A stretch of 64,000 nt of DNA from an uncultured Gammaproteobacteria bacterium (GCA_913054335.1 CAJXHL010000001.1:22502-86501), one strand, 5' to 3'; positions 48,897 to 59,338 are shown, counted from the stretch's first letter. A program made the numbers and translations. Notes: generated by a model not told the origin, from the letters alone.

Positions 48897-50279
48897 ATGA
48901 AATCCAGATTTGCTCCATCTCCCACAGGTTATCTCCACATTGGCGGCGCCAGGACGGCACTGTTTGCATGGCTTTGGGCAAGAAAAAATAATGGACAATT
49001 TACGCTTAGAATTGAAGACACAGATAGGGAGCGATCCACTCAGGCGTCCGTTGATGCAATATTGCAAGGCATGGATTGGCTTGGACTTGACTATGACGAG
49101 GGTCCAATCTATCAAACTGATCGCTTTGATCGCTACGAAGAAGTCATTAATGAGTTATTGAAAAAGGGTAGGGCGTATTACTGCGAATGCTCAAAAGGGC
49201 GACTGGAAAAATTGAGAGAAGATAAAATGGCCGCGGGTGAAAAGGCAAAATATGACGGCTGTTGCCGCGACAAGAATTTATCTAGCGGTGTTATTCGTTT
49301 TCTCAACCCAGATAAGGGAAAAGTAACCTTTAGGGACCATGTTAAAGGTGACATTGAAATCGCCAATTCAGAGCTTGATGACTTAATTATTGCACGTTCT
49401 GATGGCTCACCCACTTACAATTTAACGGTTGTTGTTGACGATCATGATATGGCGATTGACTGCGTTGTTCGCGGCGATGATCATATCAACAACACACCAA
49501 AACAGATTAATTTATACACTGCTCTTAATTGGGACTTGCCAGCTTTTGCTCATGTGCCGATGATTCTGGGTGGTGATGGCGCGCGATTATCAAAACGTCA
49601 TGGTGCAGTCAATGTGATGGCTTATCGAGAGAAAGGGTTTTTACCAAAAGCACTGCTTAACTACATTGTGCGCCTTGGTTGGTCACACGGTGACCAAGAG
49701 GTTTTTTCATTAGAAGAGATGATTGATTTGTTTGACCTTGATAACATCAACAAAGCACCTGCAAGCTTTAATCAAGAAAAGTTGGTTTGGTTAAATCAGT
49801 TCTACATTAAAAGCACTGACATTTCAGAGTTGATTCAACACTTGCAGTGGCACTTAGAACAACGATTAATTGACGTTAACAGCGGCCCTAGAATAGAAGA
49901 TGTGGTTGAGTCGTTAAGAGACAGATCGAAAACTCTAGTGGAAATGGCCGATAGTTGCATTATGTTCTATCATGATTTTTCAGTTTTTGATGAAAAACAA
50001 GCCAGAAAACAATTCAGTGACAAGTCGCAATCTATTATCGAAGCGCTCCACTCAAAACTCTCGGCACTTGACATTTGGAATGCTGAGACTGTGCACGGTG
50101 AAATTCAAAAGGTGTGTGAGCAAGAGAGTGTTGGTTTCGGCAAGGTAGGCCAACCTTTTAGGCTTGCACTAAGTGGCAATGGGAAGGCGGGAAGTATTGA
50201 TGTTTGTGCTGAACTTGTTGGCAAGAATAGAACGTTGGCCAGATTGCAAATGGCCATTGATTATATTAAAACTCTTTGA
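48897..50279 (+). CDS. gltX: Glutamate-tRNA ligase
   Basis: RFAPSPTGYLHIGG, LSKRHG, anticodon-binding domain retained. Confidence 0.97.
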   Translation: MKSRFAPSPTGYLHIGGARTALFAWLWARKNNGQFTLRIEDTDRERSTQASVDAILQGMDWLGLDYDEGPIYQTDRFDRYEEVINELLKKGRAYYCECSKGRLEKLREDKMAAGEKAKYDGCCRDKNLSSGVIRFLNPDKGKVTFRDHVKGDIEIANSELDDLIIARSDGSPTYNLTVVVDDHDMAIDCVVRGDDHINNTPKQINLYTALNWDLPAFAHVPMILGGDGARLSKRHGAVNVMAYREKGFLPKALLNYIVRLGWSHGDQEVFSLEEMIDLFDLDNINKAPASFNQEKLVWLNQFYIKSTDISELIQHLQWHLEQRLIDVNSGPRIEDVVESLRDRSKTLVEMADSCIMFYHDFSVFDEKQARKQFSDKSQSIIEALHSKLSALDIWNAETVHGEIQKVCEQESVGFGKVGQPFRLALSGNGKAGSIDVCAELVGKNRTLARLQMAIDYIKTL

Positions 50280-50295
50280 GTGCTTATCTAAATAA

Positions 50296-51246
50296 GTGGT
50301 TGTTATGAGCTTGGCGTTCACTGACGTTGTTTTTGCAATTGCACCAATTTTCATGCTTATGATTATTGGTAATCTGCTGAGACGAAATCAAATACTGGAT
50401 GACGCATTTTGGAATCTAAACGATAAACTTGTTTATTGGATTCTTATGCCAGCGCTATTGTTTAATGAGATTTCACAAATACATTTTTCACCAGCGCTTT
50501 TTGGTAGTTATGCCATGGTTATTCTTAGTGGATTTTTTGCCGTCATCTTATTATCAATTTTATTGAGTAAAGTATGTGCTTACTCGGGCGCGATATCGAG
50601 CTCTGTCATGCAAGGTGCTGCTAGACACAACGCGTTTATAGCTCTGGCAATCTCTGGCAGTCTTTTCGGTGCCAAAGGTTTGGCGATAGGAACCAGTCTA
50701 ATGGCCATTCTTATACCGATTGTTAATGTTGTCATAGTGACTTTTATGGTGATTGTTCTACAAGATGAAAAGCCCAATAATGCAAAACCAAGATTAACTG
50801 GCGTTGTTGCTGAATTGGCAAAAAACCCACTTATTTTATCGATTATTGTGGGTATTGTATTCTCGGTAGCGAACGCGAAGGACGTTCCCATTATTCATGA
50901 AACAACTCGGTTGCTAGGTTTGGGGGCTATACCAGTGCTGCTTTTGGGTCTAGGGGCAAATATTAGGATTAGAAATCTTTCAATAAAAATCAGTCCGCTC
51001 ATTATTTCTTGCGTCTTAAAATTGGCTATTTTCCCGTTGATTGTTTATTTAGTCAGTGATTATTTTGAATTCAGTGTAACTGAAAAGATTGTTATGGTGA
51101 TATTTGGTTGCGTGCCAACGGCCGTTAGTTCTTATACCCTAGCCAAACAGTTGGGTGGTGAGGCCGAATTGATGACAAGTATAATCACGTTACAAACGGC
51201 ACTATCATTTATTACCATTCCATTAATTTTGGTTTTGATTACCTAG
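50296..51246 (+). CDS. AEC (auxin efflux carrier) family transporter
   Basis: LVYWILMPALLF, NPLILSI, PTAVSSYTLAKQLGG. Confidence 0.88.
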   Translation: MVVMSLAFTDVVFAIAPIFMLMIIGNLLRRNQILDDAFWNLNDKLVYWILMPALLFNEISQIHFSPALFGSYAMVILSGFFAVILLSILLSKVCAYSGAISSSVMQGAARHNAFIALAISGSLFGAKGLAIGTSLMAILIPIVNVVIVTFMVIVLQDEKPNNAKPRLTGVVAELAKNPLILSIIVGIVFSVANAKDVPIIHETTRLLGLGAIPVLLLGLGANIRIRNLSIKISPLIISCVLKLAIFPLIVYLVSDYFEFSVTEKIVMVIFGCVPTAVSSYTLAKQLGGEAELMTSIITLQTALSFITIPLILVLIT

Positions 51247-51512
51247 ACCTCAGCAGTGTATTTTTTTACTGTTTAGGGCAATCGCCTGAAACAAATGGCA
51301 TAGATCATTGCAAAATTGATTTTTGGGATGGGGTTTGGGGAAGGGTAAAATTTTTGAAAGATTTATAAGTCATTGATTTTAATACTCTTCCCCGACTTAA
51401 AAAGTGTTCGGAGTTGTTGCAATGCAACAACTTCGGTATTTGTTAAGTTTGGTGATATAATAGGCGTCAGAATTCTCTTAATTCTAATTTTCTATTTCAC
51501 TTTTCAAATATC

Positions 51513-51839
51513 ATGAACGATAAAATTAAAGCGGTCTCAGACGCTTCTTTTGATGCTGACGTTATTAACGCATCACAACCAGTTTTAGTAGATTTTTGGG
51601 CGGAATGGTGTGGTCCTTGCAAGGCTCTTTCACCAATCCTAGATGACATTGCAATTGAATATGATGGTCGTGTGACTATCGCTAAAGTCAACGTTGACGA
51701 AAACATGCAGACGCCGCCAAAATACGGTATTAGGGGCATTCCTACTATGCTTTTATTTAAAGATGGCGCAGTCGAGGCCACTAAGGTTGGGGCATTGTCA
51801 AAAGCTGAATTGAGTGCATTTATAGACTCGAATATTTAG
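51513..51839 (+). CDS. trxA: Thioredoxin
   Basis: WAEWCGPCK; trxA-rho synteny. Confidence 0.97.
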   Translation: MNDKIKAVSDASFDADVINASQPVLVDFWAEWCGPCKALSPILDDIAIEYDGRVTIAKVNVDENMQTPPKYGIRGIPTMLLFKDGAVEATKVGALSKAELSAFIDSNI

Positions 51840-51897
51840 AGACCTTTGCATAAAAACATTTAAATTTGATAGTGGGATTTTTTTTAATTTACAAGGC
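51839..51897 (+). mobile_element. Solo left end of the MITE-like repeat (copy 5)
   Basis: GAGACCTTTGCATAAAAACATTTAAATTTGATAGTGGGATTTTTTTTAATTTACAAGGC matches the first ~60 bp of copies 1, 2 and 4; no right end found downstream. Confidence 0.75.
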
Positions 51898-52051
51898 TTC
51901 ATTTAAACTAATTTTTTAAACAGAACAAAAACTTAAAACACCAATCGCTGTCGGCGCAACTTGCGCTGACAATAGCACATTTCCTCAATACAATCTGTAT
52001 TAAATCGACCGTTTGACAATCCGTCAACATAAATATCACTAACAATCAATT

Positions 52052-53314
52052 ATGAAATTATCCGACCTTAAAATCCAGACGCCATCTGAACTCTTGGAAA
52101 TGGCACAATCTTTAGGCATTGAAAACATCTCGAGAGCGAAAAAGCAAACGCTTATTTTTGCAATCTTGAAACACATGGCAGACAATGATGAAGAGGTTTT
52201 AGGTGATGGTGTATTAGATATTTTGCAAGAAGGTTATGGTTTTCTGAGATCTGCGAACGATTCGTATGTTTCTGGCCCCGACGATATTTATGTGTCACCG
52301 AACCAAATCAGGCGATTTAATCTGTCAACAGGTGATGTTGTTACTGGCAAGATTCGTGCACCAAAAAAAGGTGAAAAATATTTTGCTCTAGTCAAAGTTT
52401 TAGAGGTTAATGGTGATAAGCCAGAAAATGTTAGAAATAGAATTCCTTTTTCTTCACTAACGCCTCTTCATCCAAATGAAAGGTTAAAACTAGAGATTGG
52501 CAATGGTGGTACAGAAGATATTACCGCAAGAGTAATTGACTTGGTTGCACCGTTCGGTAAAGGCCAAAGGGGCTTGTTGGTTGCGCCGCCTAAGGCGGGC
52601 AAGACGATGATTATGCAAAATATTGCATCATCAATTGCCGTCAACCACCCAGACTGTGAGTTAATTGTATTGTTAATTGATGAGCGTCCGGAAGAGGTGA
52701 CTGAAATGGAGCGCACAGTCAGAGGTGAAGTGATTTCTTCTACTTTTGATGAGCCTGCAAAGCGCCATGTTCAGGTTGCTGAAATGGTCATCGAAAAAGC
52801 TAAAAGACGTGCTGAGCAAGGCAAGGATGTCATCATTCTTCTTGACTCAATCACGCGTTTAGCAAGAGCCTACAATACCGTTGCGCCTTCTTCTGGTAAG
52901 GTGTTGACTGGCGGTGTTGATGCTAATGCATTGCAAAGACCAAAACGCTTTTTTGGTGCCGCTAGAAACATTGAGAACGGTGGTAGTATTACTATCATTG
53001 CTACTGCATTGGTCGACACCGGTTCAAAAATGGACGAGGTGATTTACCAAGAATTCAAGGGTACTGGTAATATGGAATTGCATCTTGAGCGCCGTCTTTC
53101 AGAAAAACGCATTTTCCCAGCGATTAATATTAATGCCTCAGGTACACGTCGCGAAGAGCTGATTACCGATGAGCAAGAACTTCAGAAAATGTGGATTTTG
53201 CGCAAAATTCTTCACCCAATGGATACCGTTGGTGCTGCAGAATTTTTGATCGAAAGATTAAGGTTTTCTAAGACTAATAATGAGTTCTTTGACTCAATGA
53301 AGCAAAAGAAATAG
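52052..53314 (+). CDS. rho: Transcription termination factor Rho
   Basis: [45 protein letters not shown]. Confidence 0.98.
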   Translation: MKLSDLKIQTPSELLEMAQSLGIENISRAKKQTLIFAILKHMADNDEEVLGDGVLDILQEGYGFLRSANDSYVSGPDDIYVSPNQIRRFNLSTGDVVTGKIRAPKKGEKYFALVKVLEVNGDKPENVRNRIPFSSLTPLHPNERLKLEIGNGGTEDITARVIDLVAPFGKGQRGLLVAPPKAGKTMIMQNIASSIAVNHPDCELIVLLIDERPEEVTEMERTVRGEVISSTFDEPAKRHVQVAEMVIEKAKRRAEQGKDVIILLDSITRLARAYNTVAPSSGKVLTGGVDANALQRPKRFFGAARNIENGGSITIIATALVDTGSKMDEVIYQEFKGTGNMELHLERRLSEKRIFPAININASGTRREELITDEQELQKMWILRKILHPMDTVGAAEFLIERLRFSKTNNEFFDSMKQKK

Positions 53315-53341
53315 CCGTTATTATCTGGTAGACTGATATGA

Positions 53342-53633
53342 GAGGCCTTTACAACAATCATTTTAAAATTTGCTGAGTGATAAAAATGAGTAAAAAATGT
53401 GTAAAAATTTATAATTAATAGCACTCGCTATTGATGAGAATTTTTCTGCACTTTTTAGCATTTTTCGCCTCAGCCCTTTGGGATAGGAGATTTTCACCCT
53501 AGGGCAGGCTTCGCACTCCAATTTTCCTGCGTTAATTTTTTTCGCTAGACAACAAGTAGAGCTTCTAAAAATATGCCTTGTAAAATAATAAAAATCCCAC
53601 TATCAAACCTAAACTGATTGTTGTAAAAGCCTC
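53342..53633 (-). mobile_element. MITE-like repeat, copy 3 (short form, 292 bp, inverted)
   Basis: TIR GAGGCCTTTACAACAATCA / TGATTGTTGTAAAAGCCTC; flanks TATGA / CATGA. Confidence 0.85.
53363..53461 (-). CDS. Putative 32-aa peptide inside the repeat (MLKSAEKFSSIASAINYKFLHIFYSFLSLSKF)
   Basis: GAGG SD 6 nt before ATG; homologous frames at 7361-7522 (53 aa), 22216-22293 (truncated) and 61331-61519. Confidence 0.35.
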   Translation of the reverse strand: MLKSAEKFSSIASAINYKFLHIFYSFLSLSKF

Positions 53634-53634
53634 C

Positions 53635-54810
53635 ATGAAAACGAATCTTTTTAGAATTATTCAATACCAAAATAGTCGCATTGCTCGGTATCTCATGCGC
53701 AATGTGAGTGTGTTGTTTTTTGCCATGATATTTATCATTGGCTTGGTTGTTTTTGGCAATCAGTTTGTCTTAATGGTGAAGGAGAGTGTTCGCCAAGGCG
53801 TACCTATTCAAGAATTAATGCCACTCATTGGCTTTAATATGATCAGAGATGTTCCTATTATCTTTTCTCTTTCTTTGTTTTTAGCTATTATTCTTGCCGT
53901 CTCTCAGCTGTATAAGAATTCCGAAGCTATTGTGCTTAATTCACTGGGCTTGGGCGATAAGCATTTTATGGTTTTTATTCAGCCGGTTGTTGTTGTTTCT
54001 GTTTTGTTTATTTTATTTTTAACAACTTTTGCAGTACCTTGGGCTAAGGAGCAGAAAAATCTAATTGTAGAAGAAACCAAAAATGCCTCTGAGTTTTCTT
54101 TTATTAAAGAAGGTGAGTTCCAAGAATTTAAGGATGGAGAAATTGTCTTTTACGCTTCCGAATCATCAACCCCTGATGATGCTCAAGAGCAAAATATGGA
54201 AGAAATCTTCATTTACGCCTCAGCCAAAGGAAGGCCTTTAATTGTCTTGGCTTCTGAGGCAACAAAATACACAGATCCCGACACTCATAGCGTTTATTTG
54301 CGCCTTAGAAATGGCACTCGTTATCATGGCATTCCAAGTAGTGAAAACAAAAGCATTCTCGAATTTGATCAATACGATTTGCAAATTATTTCAGGAGAGA
54401 TTCAAGAAACAGAAGTTATTTACACCGAAATTGAAGGTCGCTCGACGCTTGATCTCTTTAAAGAAACTGGTAGAGAAGTGTCTGCCGAAATACAGTGGCG
54501 CTTCTCACAACCACTAAGTGTTCTCATTCTGTCAGCGCTTGGCGTGCTGTTGGGCAAAGCATCTCCACGTGGTGGAAAAGGCATCGGCTTATTAATTGGT
54601 GTTGTTGTCTTTATGCTATACAATAACGGCCTATTAATGGCTAAAAGCGCTATGGAGCGTGGCGAGATAGATCCTTCTATTGGTCTTTGGTGGATTCATT
54701 TGTTAGTTATTTTTCTGACATTTCTGCTTTATCAGTTCAGGTACGGAAGACTGTCGACCTATCTTGTTAAAATACCCGCTTTATATAATAGAGAGAAAAT
54801 AAATGCCTAG
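53635..54810 (+). CDS. lptF: LPS export ABC transporter permease LptF
   Basis: LptF/G topology, [28 protein letters not shown]. Confidence 0.85.
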   Translation: MKTNLFRIIQYQNSRIARYLMRNVSVLFFAMIFIIGLVVFGNQFVLMVKESVRQGVPIQELMPLIGFNMIRDVPIIFSLSLFLAIILAVSQLYKNSEAIVLNSLGLGDKHFMVFIQPVVVVSVLFILFLTTFAVPWAKEQKNLIVEETKNASEFSFIKEGEFQEFKDGEIVFYASESSTPDDAQEQNMEEIFIYASAKGRPLIVLASEATKYTDPDTHSVYLRLRNGTRYHGIPSSENKSILEFDQYDLQIISGEIQETEVIYTEIEGRSTLDLFKETGREVSAEIQWRFSQPLSVLILSALGVLLGKASPRGGKGIGLLIGVVVFMLYNNGLLMAKSAMERGEIDPSIGLWWIHLLVIFLTFLLYQFRYGRLSTYLVKIPALYNREKINA

Positions 54811-55189
54811 CACCCCAAGTAAAATTTTAGAAGTTTTTGACAACCCTAATCCTGAGCGAGATTACGTTATTCGTATCGATATGCCAGAATTTACCTGCTT
54901 ATGTCCAATGACTGGTCAGCCTGATTTTGCCATTTTGAATCTTGAGTATATTGCCGATGAGCGATGCGTCGAACTAAAAGCGCTTAAAAATTACATTTGG
55001 TCTTTTAGAGATGAGGGTTGCTTTCATGAGGCTGTGACCAATCAAATTTTGAACGACTTAGTTGATGCGCTTGAGCCAAGGTTTATGCGTTTAGAGGCAA
55101 TATTTAATGTTCGAGGTGGTATTTATACAACCGTGGTGGTAGAGCATAAATGCCCTAATTGGATCCCCAAAGAAACTGTACGCCTATGA
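54803..55189 (+). CDS. queF: PreQ0 reductase (7-cyano-7-deazaguanine reductase), short unimodular type
   Basis: [30 protein letters not shown]. Confidence 0.93.
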   Translation: MPSTPSKILEVFDNPNPERDYVIRIDMPEFTCLCPMTGQPDFAILNLEYIADERCVELKALKNYIWSFRDEGCFHEAVTNQILNDLVDALEPRFMRLEAIFNVRGGIYTTVVVEHKCPNWIPKETVRL

Positions 55190-56322
55190 TACCAGTCCGT
55201 CAAACAATACGATTTGACAAGCATTTATTAGACAAGGACGCCCTAAAAGTTGTTAATGTTTTAACCAAAGCAGGTTTTGAAGCATATCTTGTTGGTGGCT
55301 GTATACGTGATTTATTGCTTGGCTATCAGCCCAAAGATTTTGATATTGCCACAAGTGCAACACCTGAGCAGGCACATAAGTTGTTTAAACGTTCAAGGCT
55401 AATTGGTAGACGTTTTCGCTTATTGCACGTGATGTTTTCGCCAAGAAAATTTCTTGAAGTGGCGACATTTCGCGCAGGCAAGGTGCAGACAAGCAATAAT
55501 GGTGTTGTTAGAGACAACCTTTATGGCTCTCTTAAAGAAGACGCTTTTCGTCGTGACTTTACTGTTAACGCCTTGTATTACGATGTGGCTAAATCAGAAT
55601 TAATTGATTATGTTGGTGGTCTTGATGATCTTAAAGCTAGCCGCATAGAGATGATTGGCGATCCAATTGAACGTTTTGAGGAGGATCCGGTGCGAATGAT
55701 TCGTGCTGTGCGCTTCCAGGCCAAGCTTGGTTCAAGTTTGTCAGAAGATATTCTTAAGGCGATTAAAAAACAAGCGTGTTTACTTAGCAATATCCCTCCG
55801 GCCAGGTTGTTTGATGAGTGCGTTAAACTTTTTCATAATGAAAAAAGCCTTGAAATTTTTCGACAACTTGAAAATCTTGGCCTACTGAAACAACTTTTTC
55901 GCCAAACCGAAAGCACGACTTTTATTGAGCAAGCCCTAATTAACACCTCTGAGAGGATTAAAGCAGGCAAGTCTGTAACACCAGCTTTTTTATTTGCTGT
56001 TTTCCTTTGGAGCGCCCAGAATAAACGATTTGAGCAGCTCGCTAAAAAGAAAAGCTCAAGGTTTCTGGTAATGAATCAGGCGTCAGATGAGGTTATAAGA
56101 AAACAGGTTGAGCAAGTGATGATGCCTAAGTGGCTTTCTGCCAGAGTACGAGATACTTGGATAATGCAACACAAGCTTGAAATATGCAATCCAAAAAAAG
56201 AGAAAGAACTGATTGCACACCCTCGATTTAGAATGGCTTATGATTTTTTGGTTTTACGTTCACAAAGTATTAACCCACAATTAAAAGAAAGGGCAGATAG
56301 ATGGACTCAACTGCAGAAGTAA
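55186..56322 (+). CDS. pcnB: Poly(A) polymerase I
   Basis: [54 protein letters not shown]. Confidence 0.92.
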   Translation: MIPVRQTIRFDKHLLDKDALKVVNVLTKAGFEAYLVGGCIRDLLLGYQPKDFDIATSATPEQAHKLFKRSRLIGRRFRLLHVMFSPRKFLEVATFRAGKVQTSNNGVVRDNLYGSLKEDAFRRDFTVNALYYDVAKSELIDYVGGLDDLKASRIEMIGDPIERFEEDPVRMIRAVRFQAKLGSSLSEDILKAIKKQACLLSNIPPARLFDECVKLFHNEKSLEIFRQLENLGLLKQLFRQTESTTFIEQALINTSERIKAGKSVTPAFLFAVFLWSAQNKRFEQLAKKKSSRFLVMNQASDEVIRKQVEQVMMPKWLSARVRDTWIMQHKLEICNPKKEKELIAHPRFRMAYDFLVLRSQSINPQLKERADRWTQLQK

Positions 56323-57140
56323 AATCCATCCTTATCACAGGCTGCTCAACTGGAATTGGCCTGCATCTTGCCCGTGGTCTTAAAGATAAGGGCTACCGAG
56401 TCTTTGCCAGTGCTAGGCAAGAAGCCGATGTTGAGAAACTCGAAGCTGAAGGTTTTGAGTCATTATTGCTTGATTTGTCCTCTTCAGAGTCAATTAATTG
56501 CGCTGTAAAGGATCTTTTTCAAAAAACCGAGTGTATTTATGCTTTGATTCACAATGGTGCATACGGCCAAGCTGGCGCATTAGAAGATATTTCTCGAGCA
56601 GCAATGGAAGAGCAGTTTCAAGCGAACTTTTTTGGCTGGCATGAGTTAACTAATTTGATTTTGCCATCGATGAAAAAGCATAATAATGGCCGTGTAATAT
56701 ACATCAGTTCGGTATTGGGTTTTGTTGCTTTACCTTTTAGGGGTCCATACGTCGCCTCAAAGTTTGCCGTTGAAGGTCTGGTCGACACACTAAGGCTTGA
56801 GCTTCGCCACACCAACATTAACTTTTCATTAGTTCAGCCCGGCCCGATAGAGTCTGACTTTAGGAAAAATGCTTACTTGTCTTTTCAAAAGCATGTTGAT
56901 TTTGAAAGTAGTGACTATCGAGCAGATTACAAGAAGATGATTGAACGACTTAACTCATCGAAAAATGCACAGTTCACATTAGGACCTGAAGCGGTATTAA
57001 AGCCGGTACTTCATGCATTAGAATCAAGAGCACCAAAGTTGCGTTATCGAGTCACCTTTCCCACCAAGTTGTTTGCAATTTTAGGTAGAATACTTCCTAG
57101 TGCTTGGATGGATCGAGTGCTGATTAAAGCTGCAGACTAA
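56301..57140 (+). CDS. SDR oxidoreductase (YbbO-like)
   Basis: ITGCSTGIG, YVASKFAVEG, PGPI. Confidence 0.9.
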   Translation: MDSTAEVKSILITGCSTGIGLHLARGLKDKGYRVFASARQEADVEKLEAEGFESLLLDLSSSESINCAVKDLFQKTECIYALIHNGAYGQAGALEDISRAAMEEQFQANFFGWHELTNLILPSMKKHNNGRVIYISSVLGFVALPFRGPYVASKFAVEGLVDTLRLELRHTNINFSLVQPGPIESDFRKNAYLSFQKHVDFESSDYRADYKKMIERLNSSKNAQFTLGPEAVLKPVLHALESRAPKLRYRVTFPTKLFAILGRILPSAWMDRVLIKAAD

Positions 57141-57151
57141 CGGAGAAAAGA

Positions 57152-57397
57152 ATGGCTAGCAAATTTGATTTTAATAAGGGCTTAAGCGAGTTAGAGTCCA
57201 TTATCAATAAAATGGAATCTGGTGATTTGAGTCTTGAGGATTCTCTTAAGTATTTTGAAAAAGGCGTTAAGCTTCATCGTCAATGTCACACGGCTCTTAG
57301 TGATGCTGAACAGCGCATTTCTGTACTAAGTGCGAGTGATGGTTACAGCTCTGAAAAGCCCTTTGACGCTCCTAGGGACACCTCTAACAACCCATGA
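57152..57397 (+). CDS. xseB: Exodeoxyribonuclease VII small subunit
   Basis: F...L.ELE.I..KME.G.LSLE.SL..FE.G...L.DAEQ. Confidence 0.93.
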   Translation: MASKFDFNKGLSELESIINKMESGDLSLEDSLKYFEKGVKLHRQCHTALSDAEQRISVLSASDGYSSEKPFDAPRDTSNNP

Positions 57398-57539
57398 TAA
57401 CCTCTAAAAAGCGAATCTTCACTCATTTGTCAATTTTAATAAAATCTGTTTTAACCCTGCTAGAACTGACTTTATTTAAATCAACAACCAAGCAAAAATA
57501 CACATTTTATAAATCACCACGGGTTGTTAGAGATGCCCT
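57374..57539. mobile_element. Second inverted-repeat-bounded element (~166 bp) between xseB and ispA
   Basis: AGGGACACCTCTAACAACCC ... GGGTTGTTAGAGATGCCCT; 12-bp perfect core CTCTAACAACCC; AT-rich interior; single copy in the window. Confidence 0.55.
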
Positions 57540-58387
57540 TGGATAATTACCGAGCGCGCGTTAACAGTTGTCTTAGTAGTCATTTTTCTCAAAAGGGCGC
57601 GTTAACTGAGAATATGCGCTACAGCGTTTTGGCTGGAGGCAAGCGATTTAGACCGATACTAACTTACACAACCGCCTCTGTATTTAATGTGGATTTAGCT
57701 CAAGCCGATTCATGCGCTTGTGCAGTTGAGTTAATTCACATTTATTCACTCATTCATGATGATTTACCAGCGATGGATGATGATGATATGCGCCATAATC
57801 AACCTGCTAACCATAAGCAGTTTGGCGAGGGTCAAGCTATTTTGGCTGGTGATGGCCTACAAGCTCTGGCTTTTCGTATACTGACGAATAACGATAGCAT
57901 TGATCCAGAAATTCGAATTAATTTAGTGAAGCAGCTCTCAAATGCCGCTTTTGAAATGGCTGAGGGTCAATCCATTGATCTGTCCATTGTTTCAAAAAAT
58001 GTAGAAATTAATCTACTGTATTCAATGCATCGCAAAAAAACCGGCGCATTGTTGAAGTGTTCTGTGTTGTTAGGCGCTCTTCTTAATTCTGATTTATGTT
58101 CTGAAGATGAAGCAATATTAACTTCTTTTTCACGGGATATCGGTCTTGCATACCAAATACAAGACGACGTGTTAGACGTGTCGACGCCTGATTATGTGCT
58201 CGGCAAAAGACAAAACTCTGACGCCGAGAGGGGCAAGCCTACATTTCCTTCGATACTTGGTATGGACGAGTCGGTAAGGGTTTATGAATCGTTGTATGAA
58301 AAAGCAAGTGAGATTATTTCGCAACTTAGTGTTGACGAATCACCTCTAAGAAAGTTGACCGAAAAGTTGCTGTCGCGAACGTTCTAA
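57533..58387 (+). CDS. ispA: Farnesyl-diphosphate synthase / geranyltranstransferase
   Basis: GGKRFRP, SLIHDDLPAMDDDD.R, KKTGAL, FQ/YQ.QDDVLD. Confidence 0.94.
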   Translation: MPLDNYRARVNSCLSSHFSQKGALTENMRYSVLAGGKRFRPILTYTTASVFNVDLAQADSCACAVELIHIYSLIHDDLPAMDDDDMRHNQPANHKQFGEGQAILAGDGLQALAFRILTNNDSIDPEIRINLVKQLSNAAFEMAEGQSIDLSIVSKNVEINLLYSMHRKKTGALLKCSVLLGALLNSDLCSEDEAILTSFSRDIGLAYQIQDDVLDVSTPDYVLGKRQNSDAERGKPTFPSILGMDESVRVYESLYEKASEIISQLSVDESPLRKLTEKLLSRTF

Positions 58388-58390
58388 GTT

Positions 58391-59335
58391 TTAGTATTCG
58401 ACCAACAGTCCGCCCCAGCTAAAGCCGCCACCAATGCCTTCGAGCATGAGTTTGTCGCCTTTTTTAATGCGTCCATCACGTACCGCAACGTCAAGCGCAA
58501 GAGGAATTGATGCGGCTGATGTGTTGCCATGTTTGTCTAAAGTTAGCACGACTTTTTCCATAGGCAGTTTGATGCGTTTAGCAACAGCAGTGATGATACG
58601 AATATTGGCTTGATGAGGAACCATCCAGGTCAAATCCTCAGTGGTCATATCGCATTCTTGTAGTGTTGTTTCCGCTAAATTCGAAAGCCTGTTAACGGCA
58701 ATTTTGAACACTTCATTTCCTGACATTTGAATAAAGCCAAGTTCATTGATGCGATTATTGCTCACTTGCAGTGATGAAAGATAGCGACCGTCACTGCAAA
58801 TTTTAGAATGAAGAATACCTGTCTCATCGTCAGCACTTAGCACAATCGCACCAGCGCCATCGCCAAAAAGGATTGCTGTCGAACGATCGTTTTGATCAAC
58901 AAGTCTTGAAATGGTTTCGCTGCCAACAACCAACACTTTCTTAGCGCCACCATTCTCAATGTATTGCTGAGCTGTTGTCATTGCGAAAACAAAACCCGCG
59001 CACACAGCTTGCAAGTCAAAAGCAGGGCATGTAGCGCCAATTTGGTTTTGCAACATGGTTGCCGTTGCTGGAAATATTTTATCTGGGGTCGTCGTTGCTA
59101 AAATAATAAGATCAAGTTCGTTGGCGTCAATTCCCGCCATTTCAAGGGCATTATTGCTGGCTTCTACTGCAAGGTCACAAGTGCCTTCTTCTTCTACGAT
59201 TCTACGCTCACTGATGCCTGTTCTAGCAACAATCCACTCGTCGTTTGTGTCAAGCGTTTTTTCAAGGTCATGGTTCGTCACCACCTTTGGGGGTAAGTAG
59301 CTGCCAGTGCCTATGATTCGTGCAAATTTCTTCAT
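58391..59335 (-). CDS. fabH: 3-oxoacyl-ACP synthase III
   Basis: AVCAGF, FGDGAGA, PHQAN.R, GNTSAAS. Confidence 0.96.
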   Translation of the reverse strand: MKKFARIIGTGSYLPPKVVTNHDLEKTLDTNDEWIVARTGISERRIVEEEGTCDLAVEASNNALEMAGIDANELDLIILATTTPDKIFPATATMLQNQIGATCPAFDLQAVCAGFVFAMTTAQQYIENGGAKKVLVVGSETISRLVDQNDRSTAILFGDGAGAIVLSADDETGILHSKICSDGRYLSSLQVSNNRINELGFIQMSGNEVFKIAVNRLSNLAETTLQECDMTTEDLTWMVPHQANIRIITAVAKRIKLPMEKVVLTLDKHGNTSAASIPLALDVAVRDGRIKKGDKLMLEGIGGGFSWGGLLVEY

Positions 59336-59338
59336 TTA

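Noticed and set aside
53635-55189. lptF followed by queF rather than lptG as a sign of gene loss
   Set aside because: lptG may lie elsewhere; no remnant is visible and the window cannot show absence.
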